The notes under the pieces: generated by a model
Database searches by the model: none
What the model saw: only the letters and a program-made list of their open reading frames with translations
Told to the model about the DNA's origin: nothing
Position numbers and translations under genes: made by a program
Assembly: GCF_031732815.1 (NCBI RefSeq)
Contig: NZ_JAVMKF010000268.1
Coordinates: forward strand, 270-64,269
DNA from: Accumulibacter sp.
GTDB taxonomy: Bacteria; Pseudomonadota; Gammaproteobacteria; Burkholderiales; Rhodocyclaceae
Direction: 5' to 3'
Length of the DNA: 64,000 bases
Shown here: in pieces, positions 57,601-64,000 of the stretch
Position numbering within the stretch: the first letter of the stretch is position 1
Layout: every line of letters starts with the position of its first letter

Positions 57601-58112
57601 TGGCCACGATGGCCGCGCGCGAAGACGGCCGGGCGCCGACGCACTTCATCTCGTTCGAGCATCTCGAACCGTACTACCGGCAGACCCGGGCGCATCTGCA
57701 GCAGGCGGGACTCGTCGAAAACGTGCAACTGGTGCTCGCACCGCTGCAGGATTGGCTGGCGCCGAACGGCAATACCTACGCCTATTATGACTGCCAGGCG
57801 GTGCTGGCGAATCTCGCGCAGCAGTACGCCGGTGGCGTCAGGCGAGTCCTGGCGATCATCGATGGTCCGCCCGCCGTGACCGGCAAGCATGCCCGCTATC
57901 CGGCGGGTCCGCTGCTCGTCCAGCATTGTGTCGGCGCGCGCATCGACCTGGTGCTCGACGACTACATCCGCGAAGACGAAAAGGAAATTGCCCAGCTCTG
58001 GCAAGGCGAGCTGCAGGCGGCCGGAATCGCCCATCGGATGAGCGAGCGTAAACTGGAAAAGGACGCCTGCCTGATTTCGGTCTACCCGGCCGAGAATGGG
58101 TCCGGCGAGTGA
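54681..58112 (+). CDS. Large coiled-coil protein: helical/TPR-like N-terminus, 560-aa heptad-repeat stalk, C-terminal class I SAM-methyltransferase-like domain, 1143 aa
   Basis: ENRLLFNQLHVVQEELE; twelve (A/V)(R/H)DE(Q/R) units; LIIEFGSGISTV, ISFEH and IIDGPP methyltransferase-like motifs. Confidence 0.75.
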   Translation: MMTPLPQATRAMNRVQDCSIAVTAETPDADLQEENRLLFNQLHVVQEELERLHEGGAGPGGQALAGRLTIDWVDDGLPELMAENLRYRSLLETQQEVHRIEAQHTLAGKLGEILIAGTTSTAALLAVPGKLHKVWQAAKEQTPPDELGGKGFEKVLAAYRQGGLDAVDALLSSLPLSAGMQANAFTALARSLMHQEPVRSAELARRAYASEPRPFRLKWLAFRLHEAGELLEAAALLEVLPANLHFSDSELRHAERLRREAARVRLQQAKEKCAFSERRAEVERQISSLSQARDEQAALAAQRLGEIEKLTQEHAALRARSLELQSKVAAVSEARDEQATLALLRLREIAQLQRAHSQLEDEHSVLQTGMAALGQAHDEQSALAAQRLGEIEKLTQEHAALRARSLELQSKVAAVSEARDEQATLALLRLREIAQLQRAHSQLEDEHSVLQTGMAALGQAHDEQSALAAQRLGEIAGLQQALSRIELEQSVLLTGRRALQAEVLALSAARDEQSALAAERQSRLDTLQFTRDRLEDERSVFSARCQMLQDDVAALKQARDERGALAERRKSEIEALQQARDELEREQSALRAHCQALQDDVAVLTQARDERGALAERRKSEIEALQQARDELEHEQSALRAHCQALQDDVAVLTQARDERGALAERRKSEIEALQQARDELEHEQSALLGRSQMLQEELARLTQARDEQSALAAQRQDDLAITQAALRQLEEAQSAWSERHQALQEEVAALVRARDERSTLAAQRQGEIDTLQHARSRQEQEMSALLTRSHALQAEVAALARVRDEQTILAAQRQGEVLQLTRTQASLESENAALGLKLRELEQHLEQLMRARDEQTRLVAQQIQELAAALAANSGAVDEEFRKQADELIRLRKYLDGAFRNEIANSSKQTQALIGLQSYYATGELPTVNSERHSWPVSPDFGLYLVELVALNDYDLIIEFGSGISTVIVAKALATMAAREDGRAPTHFISFEHLEPYYRQTRAHLQQAGLVENVQLVLAPLQDWLAPNGNTYAYYDCQAVLANLAQQYAGGVRRVLAIIDGPPAVTGKHARYPAGPLLVQHCVGARIDLVLDDYIREDEKEIAQLWQGELQAAGIAHRMSERKLEKDACLISVYPAENGSGE
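55571..56106 (+). repeat. Perfect 252-bp tandem repeat (about 2.1 copies, 84 aa unit)
   Basis: Unit starts at 55571, 55823 and 56075; the ORF track shows identical shadow ORFs offset by 252. Confidence 0.92.
56324..56741 (+). repeat. Near-perfect 147-bp tandem repeat (about 2.8 copies, 49 aa unit)
   Basis: GCAGGACGATGTCGCCG starts at 56324, 56471 and 56618. Confidence 0.9.
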
Positions 58113-58486
58113 AGGTTCTGAGCGTTCTCGGCACTCGCGCCGAGGCGACCATGCTGGCGCCTCTGGTCTACCCGGTGCACCTCAAACCGAATGTCCAGAC
58201 GACCGGGCGCCGGCTGCTTTCCGGCGGGCCCGAGGTCCACCTGGCTGCGCCGCTCGGCGACCAGCCTTTCGTCTTCCTGATGGAGCGTAGCGCGCTCCTC
58301 ATCACCGATACAGGCGGCGTCCAGGAGGAAGCTCCCGCATTGGGCAAGCCGATGCTGGTAATGTGCGACACGACCGAGCGGTCGCAGGCGGTGCACGCCG
58401 CTACGGTCAGGCTCGTCGGCACCGACTTGCGCATCCGCAACATCCTGCAATCCAGGCGGAAGCGCTCGGCGAGGAGGCTGGCGTGA
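58109..58486 (+). pseudogene. wecB: UDP-N-acetylglucosamine 2-epimerase remnant with large in-frame internal deletion
   Basis: MKVLSVLGTRAEATMLAPLV joined directly to YPVHLKPNV...TDTGGVQEEAPALGKP...DTTER; only 125 aa. Confidence 0.85.
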
Positions 58487-58619
58487 GCCGTCGGCGAGAG
58501 CGACGAAGTGCGGTTCCGGGCGCCCGGGTTCGCGTCGGGACCGCCCAACGGCGCGCTGCGCTCGGCGTCGCGGCGCCGTTCGCCGCTTGAGCAACGAAAT
58601 AGAAAGGGGAATGCACGCC

Positions 58620-61600
58620 ATGTCGCTGCAGCAATCGATCGTCCGTCAGGCGGCGAAAGAGTTTTCCCAAGGCAACTACCATCTGGCGCTCGATCTCTAC
58701 CGCCAACTGGCCAGCCGTCTGGGCGAGAAGTATTTTTCGGCCAACATCGCGCTCTGCGAGAAGCGTCTGAGCAGCCAGGGCCGCCGCGACTGTTCGCCGC
58801 TTCCCCTGCAAGCGATCAAGGTAGCTTGCGTGATGGACGAGTTCACCTTCCACAGCTACCAGCCCGAATGCAATCTGTTGGCGCTGACGCCGCAGGGGGC
58901 AATTGCCGAGCTGGCGGGCTTCGAGCCGGACCTCCTGTTTGTCGAGTCTGCCTGGCGCGGCAAGGACGAACTCTGGAACCGCAAGATCGGCGCGCTGAGC
59001 AGTGAGCTGCGCTCGGTGCTGCAGTGGTGCCGCCGCCGACAAGTCCCGACGCTGTTCTGGAACAAGGAAGATCCGATCCATTTCGAAACCTTTCTGACCA
59101 CGGCGCAGCAGTTCGATCACGTGTTCACCACCGATATCGACTGCATTGCCCGCTACAAGGCGGCGCTCGGCCATTCGCGTGTCTACCTCCTCCCCTTTGC
59201 CTGCCAGCCGAAGATGCACAATCCGCTCGAGCTCTATGCACGCAAGGATGCGTTCTGCTTCGCCGGGGCCTACTACGTTCGTTACCCCGAACGGACGCGC
59301 GACCTCGAAACCTATGTCGCCGAGTTCCCGCAGTTCAAACCGCTCGAGATCTTCGACCGCAACTTCGGCAAGGACGACGCCAACTACCAGTTTCCGCCCA
59401 AGTATCAACCGTATATCGTCGGTACGCTGCCCTTCAGCGAGATCGACAAGGCGTATAAGGGCTATCGCTACGCGATCAACCTGAACTCGATCAAGCAGTC
59501 GCAAACGATGTTCGCGCGCCGGGTGTACGAGCTGCTCGGCTCGAACACGATCACCGTAAGCAACTTCTCACGCGGCGTTCGGCTGCTCTTCGGCGACCTG
59601 GTCATCGCCAGCGACAGCGGCAAGGAGATCGTCAACCGCCTGCAAAACCTGTCTGGCGACGAGGGCGAGAAGCTCCGCCTGGCCGGCTTGCGCAAGGTGA
59701 TGCTGGAACATACGTATCAGCACCGACTGGCCTACGCGGCGTGCAAGGCGCTCGGCTGGCGCGGCAGCCACGCCTTGCCGTCGATGGTCGTTGCGGCACG
59801 CGTCAGCTCGGCGGACGATTGCCGCTGGCTGATCGACAACTTTCGAAGGCAGACCCACACCGGCAAGCGGCTGGTCGTCGCGCTCGCGCCGAACGTCCAG
59901 ATGACCGGCCTGACGCCCGAGGAACTCGCGGCAGGCCGCATTCTCACGCCGCAGCAGGCGGCGCAGGCGCGCCTGGGCGACTTGGTCGCGGCCGACGAAT
60001 GGCTGGCGGCGATGGCGGTTGACGACTACTACGGGCCGAACTATCTGCTCGACCTGGCGTGCGCGACGCGCTACAGCGACGCTCGGGTGATCGGCAAGGC
60101 GGCACACCATGCTCTTGTAGAGGGCAATATTCGCCTGCTCGAGGCCGACACCGCATATCGGCCAACCGTTCGCCTGGTGCGCCGATCGTGCGCGGTGCAC
60201 GCGGATACGCTGCCGCGCGAAGCTTTCCTGTTGCGCTGGCTCGAGCCGCCGGAAGGCGAAGCGTGGTGCCCGCCGGGTCTGGCGATCGACCCCTTCAACT
60301 ACTGCCGGAACGGCCGCCAGGCGAGCGATCCAAGCGAGCTCGGACGGCGCGTCGACGATCTGCCGCTCGACACCGGAGTGAGCATCGACGAACTCGTGCT
60401 CGCCGCGGAAAACATTCCGCCGGCGAGTTTCGATGAAAGCAATCTGGCGAAGTGGAGCGCCAGTCGCTTGCGCGAGCTGCACAGCAGCGTCAAGCACCCT
60501 CAGATCAGCTTCCAGGCGGAAGCGGCCGGCCTCACGGTGTGCTCGTCGCTGCCTGACGGCAAGCACGAGTATCTCTACGCACGCGAGGATTTGCCCCTCA
60601 GCGCACTGCCGGTCGGTCGGACCTTGGAAACCCACCTCGCAGCCAGTCCTGGCCTCGACCTCCAGTATGTCTTCGTCTTTCTCGACGCGCGGAAACAGAA
60701 GATCAGTCATCTCATTTACGTCAGCAATCGCAACTACTCGGCGCAGATTCCGCCGGAAACCGCGTTCGTCCGTTTCGGCTGGCGTATCTCGGGCAGTGGA
60801 ACGACGACCCTCAGGTACCTGCTGTGGGGGCATCTGAAGCTGGAACCGGCGCGACTGCTGGGGCGCAGCGACACCCTGCTGCTCACCAACCATTACCCGA
60901 GTTACGACGATCTCTACCGCAACGCCTTTGTCCATAGCCGCGTGAGCGCATATCGCAAGCGCGGAGTGATTGTGGATGTGTTCCGCCTGCGTCGCGATGT
61001 GCCTACCTGCTACCACGAGTTCGAAAACGTGGATGTGGTCACCGGTGGGCAGCTTGCATTGCGCAAACTGCTTGAGGGCGGACGCTACAAGAGAGTCATG
61101 GTGCACTTCCTGTCCGAAGAAATGTGGGAGGTGCTTGAGCACTATCAGGAGCTCGAACTTACTGTCTGGGTCCACGGGGCAGAAATCCAACCGTGGCATC
61201 GGCGTGAGTACAACTATCGGGACGAGCAGGAACGTGCAAAGGCGATGCGGGAAAGCAAGCTGCGCACGGCTTTCTGGCATCGCGTTCTCAACCCGATGCC
61301 CCAGAATCTGAAGCTTGTCTTTGTTTCCCGGTACTTTGCTGAAGAAGTATTCGAAGACCTGGGCTTCCGCTTGCCCGATGACCGGTACACAGTCATCCAC
61401 AATCCTATCGATACCGAGCTCTTTTCGTATCAGACAAAACCCGCCGAGCAGCGCAAGCGTGTCCTTTCAGTCAGACCGTACGCCTCCCGCCAGTATGCCA
61501 ACGATCTGAGCGTGGCCGCGCTTCTGAAGCTTTCCGAATCTCGATGTTTCAGTGACATGGAGTTTCGGATGATCGGGGACGGAAAGCTCTTTGAAGAGAC

Positions 61601-63524
61601 GCTTCAGCCTTTACGGAAGTTCCCAAATGTCCAGGTCGAAAAGCGCTTCCTGACGCACGCGGAAATAGCCGCCCTGCACAAGGAGTACGGTGTGTTCCTT
61701 GTGCCAACGAGATGGGATTCGCACGGCGTGTCTCGCGACGAAGCAATGGCCTCCGGTCTGGTGCCCGTCACTACCTCTGTTGCGGCAATTCCGGAGTTCG
61801 TCGATGAAACCAGCGGGATCGTCGTTCCTCCAGAAGACGCCGTCGAGTTGGCCAGTGCCATGGAGAAATTGTATGAGTCCCCAGAGTTGTTCAAACGGCT
61901 GTCGAAAGGCGCGGCAGAACGAGTAATCGCAGGCCGTGCGTCACGGCTCGTGACCGATCAGGAAATCCGGTTCTTACAACGCGCTATCGAAGCAAGAGCA
62001 AGCAATCGACCGGTATCTTTTCTTTCGTTCGATGTTGAGGCGCTGCCAGGGCGCGCTGAGGAAGACCCCTTGGGGCGCTTGGTTTGGGGGCGGTTCGACG
62101 GCAAAGAGTTTGGCATTCGCCGAATCAGTCAAATTCTGAAAAAGTACGGGATCAAGGGAAATTTCCTGGTCGACTTCTCCGCGTGCCTTCTATACGGCGA
62201 CAAAGCGGTCCGCGAGGTTATTGACTTCCTGATCTCTGAGCAGCACGAAGTGCATGTTCACCTGCATTCCGAATGGGTTATCCGAAAATGGGGTCTGTCG
62301 GACAAGAACTGGTCGGATGGGCCAGTGGGAATGGACCTCGTTGATGACCGACTGAGCGACTCCTTGCTGCGATTTGCCGCATTCAAGTACCGCCAATTTG
62401 TCGGACGGTCTCCAGTCCTCTTCCGTGCGGGTGCCTACAAATTCAATTCGGAGACCCTGGCTGCAGCAAAAGCGACAGGTTTCAAGGCATGCAGCAACTT
62501 CAACAGTGCCCGGCACGCGGCTGCCTGGAAAAGTGAAGATCAGGCAGTCGTCAACAATGAGCCATTTCAGTGGGCAAACGGGCTGATCGAAATACCGGTT
62601 GATCTCTCTCCGGAACCATTGAGCCACGACTGGGCGGTCTATAAGGGTAGCTTTGAACGTGTGCTGTCCAGAAAGAAGCTGCAAACCTTCAACTTGACGA
62701 TGCATTCATGGTCGTTGCTGACGCGGGACGCGAATGGACACTTCGTCGGATTTTCTGCTGAGCATGATGAACGCTTGCACAGAATGTGCGAGCACCTGAA
62801 GGCCAATAGCAGGCCGATGGGGTATGAGGAATTCCTGTCCGCGCACAGCGACATCAGGTTGGCGAACGACAATCGCTGCATACTGGCGCCGGGTGGAAGC
62901 GGTGAGGCGATCGTCCATTGCAGCGTTTGCAGTGCGAGCTATGGAAAGCCGCTGAGCAGTGATGTTTGTCCAAGCTGCGAATCTCGTGCTCGTCATCGTC
63001 AGATTCTCGACGTGCTAACGAAGATAGGCAACCCCTTCGACGGCCGCGATGTGTTGGCGTGTCACGCCAATCCCGTGGAGAAGCAAGCCATTCTTGGAAA
63101 GGCCAATACCGTCTTGAACTTTGATGTCCGCCCTCTGGGTTATGCCGACATACAGATGGATATTCAGGCGATGGATAAGGTCGAGGACAGCAGTTTCGAT
63201 GCATTCGTAGCGATCCACGTGCTGAATCATGTGGAAGACGATGCCAAGGCGATCCACGAGATTCACCGGGTATTGAAACCAGGTGGCCTCGCATTGGTTA
63301 CCATTCCATGTCGGGAAGGCGCCTCGACAGAGCGATGCGAAAACATCACGGAGCACTACGGCAAAGAAGCCTTGACTCAGTTTGGCGTTGGAACTTACCG
63401 GCGCTACGGTTTGGACGATGCAACTCGATTGTTCGCGAAGTCCTTTGTCGTTTCGAAATACAGAGGGTATGACGAAATCAGCAATACCCACGAATACGTC
63501 TTCCTACTGTCGAAGACCGAATGA
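58620..63524 (+). CDS. Multi-domain capsule glycosyltransferase (CgeB/DUF3880-like GT, GT4-like, deacetylase-like, Zn-finger + methyltransferase)
   Basis: FWNKEDP/FTTD/LPFA, AINLNS..FARRVYE; GVSRDEAMASG; LSFDVE..HVHLH..FRAGAY; CxxC..CxxC; HVLNHV..IHRVLKPGG. ATG 58620 has SD AAGGGG; alternative starts at 58587 and 58611. Confidence 0.85.
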   Translation: MSLQQSIVRQAAKEFSQGNYHLALDLYRQLASRLGEKYFSANIALCEKRLSSQGRRDCSPLPLQAIKVACVMDEFTFHSYQPECNLLALTPQGAIAELAGFEPDLLFVESAWRGKDELWNRKIGALSSELRSVLQWCRRRQVPTLFWNKEDPIHFETFLTTAQQFDHVFTTDIDCIARYKAALGHSRVYLLPFACQPKMHNPLELYARKDAFCFAGAYYVRYPERTRDLETYVAEFPQFKPLEIFDRNFGKDDANYQFPPKYQPYIVGTLPFSEIDKAYKGYRYAINLNSIKQSQTMFARRVYELLGSNTITVSNFSRGVRLLFGDLVIASDSGKEIVNRLQNLSGDEGEKLRLAGLRKVMLEHTYQHRLAYAACKALGWRGSHALPSMVVAARVSSADDCRWLIDNFRRQTHTGKRLVVALAPNVQMTGLTPEELAAGRILTPQQAAQARLGDLVAADEWLAAMAVDDYYGPNYLLDLACATRYSDARVIGKAAHHALVEGNIRLLEADTAYRPTVRLVRRSCAVHADTLPREAFLLRWLEPPEGEAWCPPGLAIDPFNYCRNGRQASDPSELGRRVDDLPLDTGVSIDELVLAAENIPPASFDESNLAKWSASRLRELHSSVKHPQISFQAEAAGLTVCSSLPDGKHEYLYAREDLPLSALPVGRTLETHLAASPGLDLQYVFVFLDARKQKISHLIYVSNRNYSAQIPPETAFVRFGWRISGSGTTTLRYLLWGHLKLEPARLLGRSDTLLLTNHYPSYDDLYRNAFVHSRVSAYRKRGVIVDVFRLRRDVPTCYHEFENVDVVTGGQLALRKLLEGGRYKRVMVHFLSEEMWEVLEHYQELELTVWVHGAEIQPWHRREYNYRDEQERAKAMRESKLRTAFWHRVLNPMPQNLKLVFVSRYFAEEVFEDLGFRLPDDRYTVIHNPIDTELFSYQTKPAEQRKRVLSVRPYASRQYANDLSVAALLKLSESRCFSDMEFRMIGDGKLFEETLQPLRKFPNVQVEKRFLTHAEIAALHKEYGVFLVPTRWDSHGVSRDEAMASGLVPVTTSVAAIPEFVDETSGIVVPPEDAVELASAMEKLYESPELFKRLSKGAAERVIAGRASRLVTDQEIRFLQRAIEARASNRPVSFLSFDVEALPGRAEEDPLGRLVWGRFDGKEFGIRRISQILKKYGIKGNFLVDFSACLLYGDKAVREVIDFLISEQHEVHVHLHSEWVIRKWGLSDKNWSDGPVGMDLVDDRLSDSLLRFAAFKYRQFVGRSPVLFRAGAYKFNSETLAAAKATGFKACSNFNSARHAAAWKSEDQAVVNNEPFQWANGLIEIPVDLSPEPLSHDWAVYKGSFERVLSRKKLQTFNLTMHSWSLLTRDANGHFVGFSAEHDERLHRMCEHLKANSRPMGYEEFLSAHSDIRLANDNRCILAPGGSGEAIVHCSVCSASYGKPLSSDVCPSCESRARHRQILDVLTKIGNPFDGRDVLACHANPVEKQAILGKANTVLNFDVRPLGYADIQMDIQAMDKVEDSSFDAFVAIHVLNHVEDDAKAIHEIHRVLKPGGLALVTIPCREGASTERCENITEHYGKEALTQFGVGTYRRYGLDDATRLFAKSFVVSKYRGYDEISNTHEYVFLLSKTE

Positions 63525-63584
63525 TCGTCGTCAGTCGCCGAGCATCGAAAGAACAGAAACCTTGCCAGGACGATGGAGCCCCTG

Positions 63585-64000
63585 ATGTCCAGCTGTGAAC
63601 TGGTGGCGCAAGCAAGGTCAAGCTACAACGAGCAGAGCGCCATCGGCCGCGCGCGAGAACGAGCGAGTACCGTCGACAAGTTGGTAGGCTCGCACGGTCA
63701 AAGCGTTATCGGGGCCGGCTGCGGTCACGGCTTCTGTAAGGTTTTGGCAGCAGAGTACGATTGCCAGCTCGTCAGCACCGAGGTTTTGGCTTATCCTGAG
63801 TGGGAAAGGACGAAACATGCGAGAGTGACCTCGACTCAGCCTCTCACTACCCCGCGCCGCGGGAACAGATCGACAGGACTTTGTTCAAGTGTCACCGAAC
63901 ACTACAGCCAGGTTGCCTCAGTTGCATTTGGCGCAGGGGCCTCTGGCGCTATGGTCTCAACGATAACTTGGCGCTGTTTTCGCGCTTGTTCACGGTCATG
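63585..64000 (+). pseudogene. Degenerate, apparently frameshifted class I SAM methyltransferase (runs off window)
   Basis: ATG 63585 frame gives GQSVIGAGCGHG..LAAEYDCQLV; a shifted frame gives TLFKCHRTLQPG (resembles the L..HRVLKPG motif). Confidence 0.5.

Noticed and set aside
54594-58034. 1146-aa antisense ORF
   Set aside because: Mirror of the coiled-coil gene, which carries the real motifs and operon coupling.

Overview
High-GC betaproteobacterial DNA; a Rhodocyclales-like host is inferred from gene style and not verified. Three blocks. (1) 1-10.6 kb: right arm of a prophage, with tail-associated genes (including an 800-aa double-LamG/lectin protein), a terminator-like hairpin and a lysis cassette (DUF6127-like gene, membrane protein, GH24 lysozyme). 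(2) 10.6-36.8 kb: a cargo/defence island. On the minus strand is a complete type I BREX operon (brxR-brxA-brxB-brxC-pglX-pglZ-brxL). A DUF932 gene and a GmrSD-type (DUF262+DUF1524) type IV restriction gene are nested between pglX and pglZ, and a COG2958/HrgA-like nuclease is appended. Diverging from it is a 10-gene plus-strand cluster rich in enzymes that remove nucleotide signals or modifications (MESH1-like HD hydrolase, ADP-ribosylglycohydrolase fusion, metallophosphoesterase, macrodomain). The cluster ends in a DCL/HNH-like gene and an unusual HExxH-peptidase + HicA-like fusion. (3) 37.5-64 kb: host genes (porin, trpC-trpD-trpG) and a Burkholderia wcb/Sinorhizobium rkp-like capsule locus. 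This has a type I PKS, an AONS-like aminotransferase, ABC export genes, a 560-residue heptad-modular coiled-coil protein with a C-terminal methyltransferase-like domain (candidate chain-length ruler), an internally deleted wecB, a mosaic multi-domain glycosyltransferase and a frameshifted methyltransferase remnant. The best candidates for undescribed biology are the divergent 'eraser' cluster, the peptidase-HicA fusion, DUF932 inside BREX and the capsule ruler. Family assignments come from motif recognition, not from database searches.
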